Shown: positions 1 through 12,266 of the stretch, piece after piece | Layout of the letters: every line of letters begins with the position of its first letter | How positions within the stretch are numbered: position 1 is the stretch's first letter | Program-made: the position numbers and the translations under genes | Assembly: GCA_963836205.1 (NCBI GenBank) | Contig: CAWIIV010000006.1 | Location: forward strand, 480,001-544,000 | Origin: an uncultured Acidimicrobiia bacterium | Lineage (GTDB): Bacteria > Actinomycetota > Acidimicrobiia > Acidimicrobiales > AC-14 | Length of the DNA: 64,000 nucleotides | Direction: 5' to 3' | Notes under the pieces: model-generated | Databases searched by the model: none | What the model was told of the DNA's origin: nothing | Seen by the model: only the letters and a program-made list of their open reading frames with translations

Positions 1-1531
1 ACAGGCCCTGGCACTTGGTGCCGAACGTGCGGTAGTTAGGCGCCCACACCACCCAGACCGCGTGGTCGGGGCCGGCCCGGTCGAGGAGCATGCGGGCGAA
101 CGGGGCGGTGGCGGCGGCCCGGTTGGCCTCCTCGTAGCCCACCCAGTCGACCCGCTCGGGGCCGGTGCCCCGGGGGAACGTGACCTGTTCCAGGCCCGCC
201 CCAGGTTCGAGGAGGCGGCTGACCGACGGACCGAGCTGGTCGGGGCAGTAGGCGACCACGTCGCCCGGCCGGGCCTCGGCCCGGAGGGCGGCCGCCACCC
301 GTCCCGCCGACGTGCGGTCGCCGGCCAGGTGGGGGATGGCGGTGACCAGCCCGAGGGCCACGGCCAGGCCCAACACCACCGGTCCGGCGGCGATGCCGGA
401 CAGGGTGGTGGTGCCGAGGGCGGCGAGGAGGAGCACCAGCGGGAGCACCACCGCCGCGTAGCGGATGGCGAAGGCGGAGTTGGTGGCCTGGCCGACGACG
501 ACGGCGAAGGCCATGGTGACGGCGGCGGCGAGGGCCAGCCTGCGCCCGGGCGGACGGCCCCGCAGGTCGAGGGTGATCAGCCCCGGCCCGACGGCGGCGC
601 CGAGCAGCCCCAGGGCGAGGAGGGCGTAGACGAGCAGGCCGAGGGGCAGGGCGGTGTCGGAAAGCCCCGAGTTGAACTGCATGACGATGTCGAACACGGT
701 CCGGGGCTTGGGCGGGGTTCCCCACGGCGTGCCCGTGGCCCGCATCTGCTCGAGGAACGACGGCAGCCACGGGAGGAACAGCACCGACCCGACGGCCATC
801 GCCGGCAGGGCCCGGCGCGCGCCGGCGGTCCGCCACCGGACCGCGAGCAGCAGCGCGACCGCTCCCACCAGGAAGAACGCCCAGTAGTGGGTGAGGAAGA
901 GGAGCCCGGTGACCACGCCCAGGCCCACGCTCGCCGGCACCGACCGGCGCTTGAGGACGGTGTCGAGGGCCAGGAACCCGGCCAGGACCAGGAACACGAC
1001 CAGCGAGTACATCCGGGCCTCGGTGGCGTAGCGGATGGCGAACGGCGACGAGGCCAACAGCAGCAGGGCCGCCCACGGCAGCCAGTTGGGCGGACCGGCG
1101 GCCCGGTCGCCAGCCCGGTTGCCGACCTGCTCGCTTGCCCGCTCCTCGGCCAGCCGCCGGCCGGCCAGCCACATCAGCGGGAGGGCCGCCACCGCGAAGA
1201 TCCCCGACAGGGCCCGGGCGGCCACGTCGCCGGTGCCGGCCATGTCCATCCACCCGTGGAGGAGCACGTAGTACAGCGGCGGCGCCCCGTCGTGGCGGAG
1301 GGCGTCGAACAGGTCGCCCAGCGGAAGGCGGGCGATGTTGACGGTGAGGGCCTCGTCGAGCCACAGGGGGGAGACGGTGACGAAGCGGGCCACCAGGCCC
1401 AGGGCCAGCACCAGCCCGATGGCGCTGCCCGCCGCCAGCCGGCGCCGGCGGGCAGCGGCGGACGACACCGGGCGGCCGCCCCGGTCGGAGTCGGGGGCCG
1501 GCGGGTGGACTCGGATGTCCTCGAGGGTCAA
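1..1531 (-). CDS. GT-C / family 39-like membrane glycosyltransferase (3' end runs off window)
   Basis: Manual minus-strand translation (absent from ORF track because no stop in window): LWLDEALTVNIARLPLGDLFDALRHDGAPPLYYVLLHGW and many hydrophobic segments; start uncertain (TTG at 1531). Confidence 0.75.
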   Translation of the reverse strand, partial: MTLEDIRVHPPAPDSDRGGRPVSSAAARRRRLAAGSAIGLVLALGLVARFVTVSPLWLDEALTVNIARLPLGDLFDALRHDGAPPLYYVLLHGWMDMAGTGDVAARALSGIFAVAALPLMWLAGRRLAEERASEQVGNRAGDRAAGPPNWLPWAALLLLASSPFAIRYATEARMYSLVVFLVLAGFLALDTVLKRRSVPASVGLGVVTGLLFLTHYWAFFLVGAVALLLAVRWRTAGARRALPAMAVGSVLFLPWLPSFLEQMRATGTPWGTPPKPRTVFDIVMQFNSGLSDTALPLGLLVYALLALGLLGAAVGPGLITLDLRGRPPGRRLALAAAVTMAFAVVVGQATNSAFAIRYAAVVLPLVLLLAALGTTTLSGIAAGPVVLGLAVALGLVTAIPHLAGDRTSAGRVAAALRAEARPGDVVAYCPDQLGPSVSRLLEPGAGLEQVTFPRGTGPERVDWVGYEEANRAAATAPFARMLLDRAGPDHAVWVVWAPNYRTFGTKCQGL

Positions 1532-1556
1532 GGCCGGTGGTGGTGGACCGGAGGTC

Positions 1557-4163
1557 TCAGCCGCCGCGGTCGGACACCGGGACCGGCGGTGGTCCCGCCG
1601 GGGAGTCGCCGGGCGGACCCGGGGGGCGGCCTCCGGGGGCGGGGCGGGCGGAGGGGCCGCCGGCGTTCTCGGCGTGGCCCGGGAGGAGCGGCACCGGCTG
1701 CTCGGGGTCGTCGACGACCATCGGCCCCCGCCGGGCCCACTTCACGGCCAGCCCGATCCCCACGAAGGTGAGGATCCAGCCCAGGTAGTCGACCGGGGTC
1801 CAGCCGTAGTAGACGCTCACGTGCTGGGAGGTGGGGATGACCACCATCAGGTTGGGCGACACCCGGTAGGGGCCCTTGCCCCCCGACACCTTCCAGTTGG
1901 GGAAGTAGGACGCCTTCACCAGCACCGGCACGCCGACGCGGTCGACGTCGAACGTGATGCGGTTGTCGCTGGCCTTGATCCCGCTCACCGCCACCGGGTC
2001 GAGCGGCCGCCGCTCGGCGGTGTCGACGGTGACGTCGGACCCCACCGTCTTCGAGTCGGTGACGACCTTGTCGACCTTCACCCGCTGCCACTCCCTGGGC
2101 CCCGACGCGGCCAGGAACACGTCGTGGGCACCGAAGTCCTGGTACCAGTCGGCCATGACCGCCATCCACTCCCGCTCGCCGTTGCCCCCGCCGGTGATCA
2201 CCGCCGGCTGGTTGGTGAGCGGCGACACCAGCTCCGAGCCCTTCACCTCGTAGGCCCGCCAGGCGCCGGTCTGGCCGACGAGGGTGAGCTCGGGGTTGGC
2301 GTCGGCCTGGGCGGTGGCCTCGGGCGAGAACGACAGGTAGTAGCGGGCGCCCAGCATCTGGAGGTGGTCGACCCCCTTGGCCACGTCGAGGCCGGTGTAG
2401 GGCAGGTCGCGCTGGGGGTTGGAGGGGGCCTTCGACAGCTCGGCCGCGGTCATGAAGTGGTAGGGGACGCTGGCCGACGACTCGAAGTAGAGGCCCTCCA
2501 TGGAACCGATGCAGCCGTCGGTCCAGTAGGGCAGGAGCATGAGCGCCATCGGCGTGCCGAAGCGGTCGAGTTTGGACTCGTACTCCCAGTGGGTGCGCCC
2601 GCAGCCGTTGGTGCGCCCCAGCGACGCCATCATCTCCACCACCCGCTCGTACTCGGGGTACGCCTCCTTGCGCTCGTAGCCGGAGTAGTTCCACTTGGCC
2701 CAGTCGTCGACGTAGCTGCTGTCGGTGGTGGCGGGCTTGGGCAGCCAGCTGGGCAGGACTCCGAGGGGCAGCCCGACGAACATCCACACCGCCAGCGCCC
2801 CCGCGATCGGCGTGAGCCGGCGGGCGAGGATCTGCGTGCGCACTGGGTCGGCGGAGCTGACCCGCGTGCCCGGCTCACCGGGATCGGCGGCGAAGATGCG
2901 GCCCAGGGCGGGGCCGATCTCGGTGATCGCCACACCGGCCAGCAGGTAGAGGCTCAGGAACCAGAACGGCAGCACCCGGGCGTTCCACAGCCGGCCGGCG
3001 GGGGCGAGCACGAACAACGAGCCGGTGATGGCGGCCATGCCCACCAGGAACAGGCCGACCCGGCGGCGCATGGCCACCGCGAACACCGCCCCCGCGGGGG
3101 CCAGGACCAGCCACAGCCAGGCCTTGTTCTCGGGAAACAGGTTCGCGCTGTACTGGGTGATCTTCCCCCAGCCCATGTTGTTGGCGTAGTCGAGCCGCAT
3201 CCCGAACGGGAACGACCAGAAGGCGGCGAGCAGCGCCCCCACGCCGATCATCCCGAACAGGAACTTCAGGCGGGCCCGGCCCGGTCGAAGGAGGTAGAAG
3301 AGGCAGGCACCGACCACCGCGAAGATCGTGGGCAGCAGGTGACTGAGCCCGGTGAGGGCGAGCAGGACCGCCCCCAGGGCCCGGTTGCGGCCGGTGTCGA
3401 GACCTCGCGCCACCACCCCGAGGAAGAGCAGGGCGAAGGAGAGGCTGATGGAGAACGAGAACTCGCCGGCCAGCGTGGACGGGATGTTGCCGCCGTAGAT
3501 GGTGAAGCCCCGGTCGAAGAGGAACGGGAGCGTGGCCAGGGCCAGCATCACCGGACCGGGGAAGCGCATGCCGGCCAGGCGGCCGAAGGCGTAGGCGCAC
3601 ACCGGGAGGGTGACCAGGCCGAGGACCGTGATCAGCTTGAACGCGACCCCGTAGGGCAGCACGAAGCTGAGGAGGGCGATCATCAGCGAGGGCAGCGGGA
3701 AGTAGAAGTGGTAGGCGGGGAAGCCCGAGTACCAGTCGGGGGCCCAGCCGGTGAGGCGGAGGTTGGGCAGGAGGTGGTGGCGCATGTAGTCGGGGCCCCA
3801 CACGTGGGCCCCCATGTCGCCGCCCGACGGCGTGGTGTTGGCGAACAACAGGTTGGGCTGGAGCTGGATGAAGACGAAGAGCATGCAGGCGGCCACGATC
3901 ACGGCCGTGAGCAGGGTCTCCGGGGTCACCTGGCTGGCCCGCAGCTTCAGCTCGTCGACCGACGGAACCCGGAAGGTGGGCATCCGCCAGCCCTGGCCCA
4001 GGCGCCGGGGGGACGGCTCGCCGTCGGACCCGTCCTCGGCCGGCGGGTCACCGGCCGGACGACCCCTCAGCGTCGGCGTCTTGAAGTTCGCCAGCGTCGA
4101 CAAGGTCGCCAACCTCACGCGGTCGAAAGCCGCCCGGAGCGGCGGCCGCCGCTGTACTGCCAT
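1557..4163 (-). CDS. Polytopic membrane protein, PTPS-related/GT-C-like
   Basis: 868 aa; GGDMGAH...WAPDWYSGFPAYHFYFPLP motif, multiple TM helices, extracytoplasmic C-terminal region. Confidence 0.7.
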   Translation of the reverse strand: MAVQRRPPLRAAFDRVRLATLSTLANFKTPTLRGRPAGDPPAEDGSDGEPSPRRLGQGWRMPTFRVPSVDELKLRASQVTPETLLTAVIVAACMLFVFIQLQPNLLFANTTPSGGDMGAHVWGPDYMRHHLLPNLRLTGWAPDWYSGFPAYHFYFPLPSLMIALLSFVLPYGVAFKLITVLGLVTLPVCAYAFGRLAGMRFPGPVMLALATLPFLFDRGFTIYGGNIPSTLAGEFSFSISLSFALLFLGVVARGLDTGRNRALGAVLLALTGLSHLLPTIFAVVGACLFYLLRPGRARLKFLFGMIGVGALLAAFWSFPFGMRLDYANNMGWGKITQYSANLFPENKAWLWLVLAPAGAVFAVAMRRRVGLFLVGMAAITGSLFVLAPAGRLWNARVLPFWFLSLYLLAGVAITEIGPALGRIFAADPGEPGTRVSSADPVRTQILARRLTPIAGALAVWMFVGLPLGVLPSWLPKPATTDSSYVDDWAKWNYSGYERKEAYPEYERVVEMMASLGRTNGCGRTHWEYESKLDRFGTPMALMLLPYWTDGCIGSMEGLYFESSASVPYHFMTAAELSKAPSNPQRDLPYTGLDVAKGVDHLQMLGARYYLSFSPEATAQADANPELTLVGQTGAWRAYEVKGSELVSPLTNQPAVITGGGNGEREWMAVMADWYQDFGAHDVFLAASGPREWQRVKVDKVVTDSKTVGSDVTVDTAERRPLDPVAVSGIKASDNRITFDVDRVGVPVLVKASYFPNWKVSGGKGPYRVSPNLMVVIPTSQHVSVYYGWTPVDYLGWILTFVGIGLAVKWARRGPMVVDDPEQPVPLLPGHAENAGGPSARPAPGGRPPGPPGDSPAGPPPVPVSDRGG

Positions 4164-4222
4164 CTCAGTATCTTGTCATTCCCCGCCGTGGACGTCGCGT
4201 CGGGACGCGAACGCGGAAACCG

Positions 4223-4390
4223 TCAGCGGGCGGCAACCAGGTCGAGCACCGAGCGGAGACCGACGGACTGGCCGCCCCGGTCCCACCAGCGGCGCTCGCA
4301 GGCCTGGCACGAGTGCATCGTGACCGTCTCGGCGTGGAGCTGCATGCGGATCTCGACCAGGTCGCGCGAATGGCAGTGCTGACACGTCAT
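4223..4390 (-). CDS. Small zinc-ribbon protein (55 aa)
   Basis: MTCQHCHS...HSCQACERRWW, two CxxC pairs; purine-rich RBS-like AGGGAGG upstream. Confidence 0.65.
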   Translation of the reverse strand: MTCQHCHSRDLVEIRMQLHAETVTMHSCQACERRWWDRGGQSVGLRSVLDLVAAR

Positions 4391-4520
4391 CTCAGAACCC
4401 CTCCCTAGCGAAAATGCCCTCCCAGGCACTCCGGGTATCGGCACATTTGGTTGACCGCTTGAGCAGGAATCGGGAGGATTGTGGAACCATGGACCACGGT
4501 CGGCGGTCACCCGTACACAA

Positions 4521-5525
4521 ATGGGCGGAACGATGCGAGACGTGAGACACCCGGCGAGGGGGCGATGCCTCTTCGGCGCGCTCGCCGCCCTGGTGCTGGC
4601 CGCCTGCTCCTCCGACGGGTCCGACGTGCGCACGGCGGCCGCGGCCACGTCCACCACCCGGCGGGCCGAGGTGCCGACCTCGTCGACGGCGGTCACCACC
4701 ACCGTCCCGGCCCCGACCACCACCGCCGCCGCCGCGCCGGTCGAGGTGGTGAGCTCGGCCGACGTGCTGGCCGTCCAGGAACGGCTGGCCGAGCTGGGCT
4801 ACGACGTGGGCGAGCCCGACGGGCGCTTCGGCGGCCGCACCAGCTACGCGGTGATGGCCTTCCAGAAGATCGAGGGCCTGAGCCGCACCGGCGACATCGA
4901 CGACGAGCTCAAGGCGGCTCTGGCCACCGCCTCGTCGCCGGGGCCGTTGGTGCCGGGAGGGCCGTCGACCAGGGTGGAGATCGACCTCAACCGCCAGGTG
5001 CTCATGCTCTGGACCGGCGGGGAGCGCACCCGCATCCTGCCCATCTCCAGCGGCAACGGCGAGGAGTACTGCGTCGACGGTGAGTGCGACATCGCCGTCA
5101 CCCCGCCCGGCTCGTTCCACATCGGGCGCAAGGCGGAGGGCCTGGAGATCGCCCCCCTCGGCGAGCTGTGGTGGCCCATGTACTTCAACGGCGGCATCGC
5201 CATCCACGGCTCGCCCTCGGTGCCGCCCTACCCCGCGTCCCACGGGTGCATCCGCATCCCCATGTACGCCGCCCCCACGCTGTACGAGCAGGTGGGACGG
5301 GGGACGGCCGTCATCCTGATCGGCCGGGGCCCGGGGCCGGAAGGCGTCGGCCCCCCGCCCGAGCCGCCGCCCAACCCGGTGCCGTCGTCGACCCTGCCGC
5401 CCGAGCCCGAGCCCGAGCCCGACCCCGAGCCGCCCGAGACCACCACCACCGCCCCGGTCGACGAAACCACCACCTCGACCACCCCGGACGACACGACCAC
5501 CACCGAGGTCACCACGCCGAGGTAG
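4521..5525 (+). CDS. L,D-transpeptidase lipoprotein with peptidoglycan-binding domain
   Basis: Lipobox LAAC; PG-binding DGRFGGRTSYAVMAFQ; YkuD motif HGS...SHGCIR; Pro/Thr-rich tail; start approximate. Confidence 0.85.
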   Translation: MGGTMRDVRHPARGRCLFGALAALVLAACSSDGSDVRTAAAATSTTRRAEVPTSSTAVTTTVPAPTTTAAAAPVEVVSSADVLAVQERLAELGYDVGEPDGRFGGRTSYAVMAFQKIEGLSRTGDIDDELKAALATASSPGPLVPGGPSTRVEIDLNRQVLMLWTGGERTRILPISSGNGEEYCVDGECDIAVTPPGSFHIGRKAEGLEIAPLGELWWPMYFNGGIAIHGSPSVPPYPASHGCIRIPMYAAPTLYEQVGRGTAVILIGRGPGPEGVGPPPEPPPNPVPSSTLPPEPEPEPDPEPPETTTTAPVDETTTSTTPDDTTTTEVTTPR

Positions 5526-5545
5526 CCCCCCACCACTGGTGACGG

Positions 5546-6290
5546 TCAGGTGTTGAGGGCGACCACCAGGCTGATGAGGTTGAACGAGGCGTGGGCCACG
5601 ATCCCCGGCCCGAGCCGACCGGTCTTGACGGCCAGGGCGGCCAAGGCCGCGCCGAAGGCAGCCAGGGAGGCCATGATCACGATCTGGGCGTCGAACGGCA
5701 GGTCCTGGGGGTGGGCCAGGCCGAAGAACACCGACGAGCCCACGATGGCCCACGTCGACCCCAGCCGCTTCTGGATCGAGCGCAGGAGCAGGCCCCGGAA
5801 GAACAGCTCCTCCACCAGGGGGGCGCCCACCACCGCCACCAGGATGACGCCGATGAGGGCGGCGCCCGTGGGCCTCGTTGATCAGGTCCTCCACCGGCCC
5901 CGACACCTCGGGCCGGCCGATGAACGGTCGCAGCAGGAGGGCGACGCCGGGCACGATCACCAGCTGGGCGGCGATGCCCACGCCGATCCCGAGGGCGAGG
6001 TCGATGCTGCTGGCGGCCCAGCCGAAGTCGCGGGTGAGGCTGCCCGAGCCCTTGCGCCGGGTGGCCAGCACCACGCTGCCCACCAGCCCGATCCACAGGC
6101 CCACCTGGCCGATGCCCTTGCCCCCCAGGCTCAGCTCCTCGTCGCCGCTGACCCCCATCCAGATCCCGGCCAGGACGCTCGACAGCAGCAGTCCCACGAA
6201 CATCCCCATGAGCACGTCGCCCAGGCCCCACCGGGGCGGAGGGCCGGCGTCGGCGTCGGCCGCGGGAACCTCGGGGGTCTCGGAAGCCAT
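5546..6290 (-). CDS. CPBP (CAAX) intramembrane metalloprotease, one frameshift near 5868
   Basis: N-part in ORF 4392..6290 joins EELFFRG...FGLAH...AHASFN in ORF 5546..5839 if one G is removed from CACGGGCGCC. Confidence 0.75.
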
Positions 6291-6333
6291 CGACCGTGGA
6301 GCCTACGGGCCGCGACCACAGCCGACCCGGCGA

Positions 6334-6380
6334 TCCTGGGCTGGAAAAGGTGCGCGTGGCGCCCCTTTTCGTGCCCAGGA
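6334..6380. repeat. REP-like palindrome, family A copy 1
   Basis: TCCTGGGC..GAAAAGG..CCTTTTC..GCCCAGGA; reverse complement resembles the copies at 47215 and 50564. Confidence 0.7.
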
Positions 6381-6406
6381 ACCCGCAACCCGGGCCGCGG
6401 CGGGGG

Positions 6407-6661
6407 CTACGAGGCTTGTGCTTGCAGGTCGCCGGGGTCGGTGGCGGCCGTGGTGGGGCGGCTCCCGGCCCGTCGATCGTGGCCGGTCCAGCCCTTGGGG
6501 GCGGCCAGCCGGTCGGCGTGGCGGACGCAGAGGTCGATGGTGTGCGGTTCCTTGGCGCCCAAGTCGTCGAGCCAGACGGTGCTGGTCGCGTACTGGAAGC
6601 TGAGGGTGGCGCTGGCGGCGTCGCCGCATCCTGGACGGGCACACAGGCGAGGCCGCTGCAT
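6407..6661 (-). CDS. DUF3499-like small Cys/His protein
   Basis: CARPGC...ATLSFQY...DLCVRHADRLAAPKGW, typical actinobacterial DUF3499 pattern. Confidence 0.75.
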   Translation of the reverse strand: MQRPRLCARPGCGDAASATLSFQYATSTVWLDDLGAKEPHTIDLCVRHADRLAAPKGWTGHDRRAGSRPTTAATDPGDLQAQAS

Positions 6662-6745
6662 TCCACCACGGTACCGGCCGGTCGAGGATCGGCCGTGGAT
6701 GGTGGCGGCCCAGCTTCGACGCCCGGTGCCATTACCATTGCCGGC

Positions 6746-8779
<2,034 letters not shown>

Positions 8780-8928
8780 CCCGCTCGCGGGAGTGTCCAG
8801 CCGGTCGGGAAGGCCGCCAACCCAGGCCCGCTAACATCGAACCACGACCCGGACGACGCCGTCGCGTCCTCCTGTCGCCCCAAATCCGCACCCCGAATCA
8901 CGATCCGTTCTCGGAAAGACAGCCTGCC

Positions 8929-10239
8929 TTGAGTCGCTTCACCCCGGACGCCGCCGCCGCCCTCGATGGGCCGGGCTGGCTGCGCGCCCGCCGCACCGCC
9001 GCCGCCGAGCGCTTCGCGGCGGCAACCCTCCCCACCGAGGCGGAGGAGATCTGGCGCTACAGCCGGGTGTCGCAGATCGACCTCGACGCCTACACGCCCG
9101 CCACCAACGGCAGCCACGGTGACCACGGGGGCATGCCCCCCGGCCTGGCCGACGTGGTCGACCGGGCCGGCGCCCGCTCGGGGCTGCTCGTCCTCCACAA
9201 CGGCCGGGTGGTGGTGCGTGAGCTCGACCCCGCCCTGGCCGCCCGGGGCGTCGTCCTCGCCGACGCCCTCGACCTCCCCGACGGCAGCGGCGACGGCGTG
9301 CTGGCCGGCTCCGACACCGACGCCGACGCCTTCACCGAGCTCAACGGCGCCTTCCTGCGGGGCGTCGCCTACCTGCGGGTGCCGCCGGGCGTGGAGGTGG
9401 CCGACCCCGTCCTGATCCTGCACTGGTTCGACGGTGACGCCACGGCCTCGTTCCCCCGCACCGTGCTCTCCGCGGGCGAGGACAGCCAGGTGACGGTGGT
9501 CGAGCACCAGGCGTCGGCCGACGTCATGGCCCTGGTCGACCCGGTGCTGCAGATCGACGTGGCCAACGCCGCCCGCCTGCGTTACCTCAACGTCCAGGAG
9601 CTGGGCCCGCGCGTCTCGCAGGTCGGCTACCAGGCCAGCCGCATCGGGCGCGACGGCAGCCTCTCGTCGTCGGTCGTGGCCCTCGGGGGCGACTACGCCC
9701 GGGTCCGCACCGACTCCCGCATCGACGGCAAGGGGGGATCGGCCGACCTCAACGCGGTCTACTTCACCGACCGCGAGCGGATGCACGACTTCCGCACCCT
9801 GCAGGACCACGCGGCCCCGTCCACCACCAGCAACCTGCTGTTCAAGGGGGCGGTGCAGGACCACGGCCGGTCGGTGTACTCGGGGATGATCCGGGTGCGG
9901 CCCGAGGCCCGGGGCACCAACGCCTTCCAGACCAACCGCAACCTGGTCCTGTCGGAGGGGGCGGGGGCCGAGTCGGTGCCCAACCTGGAGATCCTCACCG
10001 ACGACGTCAGTTGCAGCCACGCCTCCGCCGTCGGGCCGGTCGACGAGGACCAGCTGTACTACCTCGAGAGCAGGGGCGTCCCCCCGGTGGCGGCCGAGCG
10101 CCTCATCGTCATGGGCTTCCTCGGCGAGGTGCTCGACCGGCTGCCCAGCCCGAGCCTCGTGGCCGGCCTCAAGGCCGCCATCGGCCGCCGGCTCGCCTCC
10201 CGCGACGAAGCGCCGGCCGCGGCCGCGGTGTCGCAATGA
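8929..10239 (+). CDS. sufD: Fe-S cluster assembly protein SufD
   Basis: LPTEAEEIWRYS, TTSNLLFKGAV, PNLEILTDDVSCSHA, LYYLESRG; TTG start. Confidence 0.9.
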   Translation: MSRFTPDAAAALDGPGWLRARRTAAAERFAAATLPTEAEEIWRYSRVSQIDLDAYTPATNGSHGDHGGMPPGLADVVDRAGARSGLLVLHNGRVVVRELDPALAARGVVLADALDLPDGSGDGVLAGSDTDADAFTELNGAFLRGVAYLRVPPGVEVADPVLILHWFDGDATASFPRTVLSAGEDSQVTVVEHQASADVMALVDPVLQIDVANAARLRYLNVQELGPRVSQVGYQASRIGRDGSLSSSVVALGGDYARVRTDSRIDGKGGSADLNAVYFTDRERMHDFRTLQDHAAPSTTSNLLFKGAVQDHGRSVYSGMIRVRPEARGTNAFQTNRNLVLSEGAGAESVPNLEILTDDVSCSHASAVGPVDEDQLYYLESRGVPPVAAERLIVMGFLGEVLDRLPSPSLVAGLKAAIGRRLASRDEAPAAAAVSQ

Positions 10240-10252
10240 TCAAGGGGTCGCG

Positions 10253-10588
10253 ATGATGTCGTCCACGACCGCCGTGCGGCTCTGCGCGGCCGACGAGATG
10301 GCGGCCGGCACCGCCCGCCGCTTCGACGTGGGCAAGCTCCGCATCGCCCTCGTCCGCATCGGCGACGACTTCCACGCGGTGGGCGACCGTTGCAGCCACG
10401 CCGACTTCTCCCTGTCCGAGGGCGAGGTCTGGCCCGACGAGTGCGAGATCGAGTGCTGGAAGCACGGCAGCACGTTCTCCCTCCTCACCGGCCAGCCCCA
10501 GTCGCTGCCGGCAATCCAGGCCATCCCGGTCTACAAGGTCCGGGTCGACGACGGCGACGTGATGGTGGAGCTGCCCAAGCATGAGTGA
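10253..10588 (+). CDS. Rieske-type ferredoxin
   Basis: CSH...CWKH Rieske motifs; within suf cluster. Confidence 0.9.
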   Translation: MMSSTTAVRLCAADEMAAGTARRFDVGKLRIALVRIGDDFHAVGDRCSHADFSLSEGEVWPDECEIECWKHGSTFSLLTGQPQSLPAIQAIPVYKVRVDDGDVMVELPKHE

Positions 10589-11330
10589 GCTCAAGGTCAC
10601 GGGCCTCAAGGCCGGTATCGACGGGCAGGACATCCTGCGCGGCATCGACGTGTCGGTGGCCAGCGGCCAGGTGCACGCGGTCATGGGCCCCAACGGGTCG
10701 GGCAAGTCCACCCTGGCCAACGTGATCATGGGCCGGGCCGGCTACCACGTGACCGCGGGGTCGATCACGCTCGACGGCGTCGAGCTGCTGGGGATGCCGG
10801 TGTGGGAGCGGGCCCAGGCGGGCCTGTTCCTGGCCATGCAGTACCCGAGCGAGGTGCCGGGCGTGTCCCTGGAGGACGCCCTGGCCGCCGCCCTCGAAGC
10901 CCGGGGCGAGGACATCGGCGACCTGCGGGAGCGGGTGGCGGCCGAGGCCGAGCGCATCGGGCTGCCGCCGGCCCTGCTCGACCGGGCCCTCAACGTCGAC
11001 CTGTCGGGCGGCGAGAAGAAGCGCAACGAGACCCTCCAGCTCGGCATCCTCGGCCCCAAGATCGCGGTGCTCGACGAGATCGACTCCGGCCTCGACGTCG
11101 ACGCCCTGCGGGCCGTCAGCCGCCGGGTGGAGACGATCACCAACGAGATGGGCGTGGGGGTGCTGGTCATCACCCACTACAGCCGGCTGCTGCGGGAGCT
11201 CAAGCCCGACGTGGTGTCGGTGCTGCGGGCCGGCCGCATCGTCGACTCCGGGGGTCCCGAGCTGGCCGAGGAGCTCGAGCGCACCGGCTACGCCGGCTAC
11301 GAGCCTGAGTCGAACGGCCTCACGGCCTGA
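10581..11330 (+). CDS. sufC: Fe-S assembly ATPase SufC (copy 1)
   Basis: GPNGSGKS, SGGEKKRNE, LDEIDSGLDVDAL, ITHY. Confidence 0.92.
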   Translation: MSELKVTGLKAGIDGQDILRGIDVSVASGQVHAVMGPNGSGKSTLANVIMGRAGYHVTAGSITLDGVELLGMPVWERAQAGLFLAMQYPSEVPGVSLEDALAAALEARGEDIGDLRERVAAEAERIGLPPALLDRALNVDLSGGEKKRNETLQLGILGPKIAVLDEIDSGLDVDALRAVSRRVETITNEMGVGVLVITHYSRLLRELKPDVVSVLRAGRIVDSGGPELAEELERTGYAGYEPESNGLTA

Positions 11331-11336
11331 GTCGTT

Positions 11337-12266
11337 CTACGGCTGGGTTGTCACGCCTGGCGCCACGGCCGACGGGAGGGTGATCGTCGGGGCGGGGGCG
11401 AGGGGCTCGGGTGGGGCTTCGGGCTGCGGGGGGCCGATCACGTCGCCCACCCCACCCGACACGTACACCGGCCAGCCGTTGCCCACGATGGTGGGGAACC
11501 AGTCGGCCGCGTTCATCGGGATGCGCACGCAGCCGTGGGACGCGGGGTAGCCGGGCACCGAGTAGGCCCCGTGGAAGGCGATCCCGCCGTTGAAGTAGAG
11601 CGGGTTGTAGAGGTCGCCCAGGGGACCGGTCTCCCAGCCCGACGCCACCCGGTAGACGCTGTAGGCGCCCCGGGGGGTGACAGCGTACCGGCACCAGCCC
11701 TCGGAGCAGAAGCGTTCCTCGGAGCCGCTGGAGACGGGGACGATGCGGGTGAGCGAGCCGCCCTGGTAGAGGAAGAGGACCTGGCGACCGAGGTCGACCT
11801 CGACCCGATTGGGGCCACCCTGGGGGGCGAGGGCGGCGTGGGTGCCGGGGTCGGCGGCCATGGCGGCCACGATGTCGTCGGTGGCCCGGCCGTCGCGGCC
11901 GAAGCCGTGGACCTTCTGGAAGGCCATCACCGCGTACATGGTGACCTTGTCGAACGTACCGTCGAGGTCGCCCACGTCGTAGTGGAGGGCGTCGAGGCGC
12001 TGCTCGAGGGCGAGCACGGCGGCTCCGCTGTCGCCCTGGCCCAGGCCGGGCGGGGGCGGCTCCTCGGCCACGACCGGTGCGACGGTGGTCGACGTGGAGG
12101 TGGTGGTCGACGAGGTGGTGCTGGTGGACGTGGAGGTGGAGGTGGACGGGGTCAGGGCGCCGGCCGCGTCGGTGACGGCCGGCGGGCCCGAGCTGCAGGC
12201 GGCCAGGACAAGGGCGGCGGCGAGGGCGAGCGCGGCGAGGGCAGGGCCCGGCAGGCGGTGGGTCAC
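11337..12266 (-). CDS. L,D-transpeptidase lipoprotein with PG-binding domain (paralog of 4521..5525)
   Basis: LAAC lipobox, Ser/Thr linker, AVMAFQK, HGA...SHGCVR. Confidence 0.85.
   Translation of the reverse strand: MTHRLPGPALAALALAAALVLAACSSGPPAVTDAAGALTPSTSTSTSTSTTSSTTTSTSTTVAPVVAEEPPPPGLGQGDSGAAVLALEQRLDALHYDVGDLDGTFDKVTMYAVMAFQKVHGFGRDGRATDDIVAAMAADPGTHAALAPQGGPNRVEVDLGRQVLFLYQGGSLTRIVPVSSGSEERFCSEGWCRYAVTPRGAYSVYRVASGWETGPLGDLYNPLYFNGGIAFHGAYSVPGYPASHGCVRIPMNAADWFPTIVGNGWPVYVSGGVGDVIGPPQPEAPPEPLAPAPTITLPSAVAPGVTTQP

Noticed and set aside
1335-4382. Very long antisense or alternate-frame ORFs (also 6827-8719, 20155-22464, 27632-30670, 60628-62946)
   Set aside because: Shadow ORFs expected at high GC; they overlap genes with clear motifs and have Arg/Gly/Pro-biased translations
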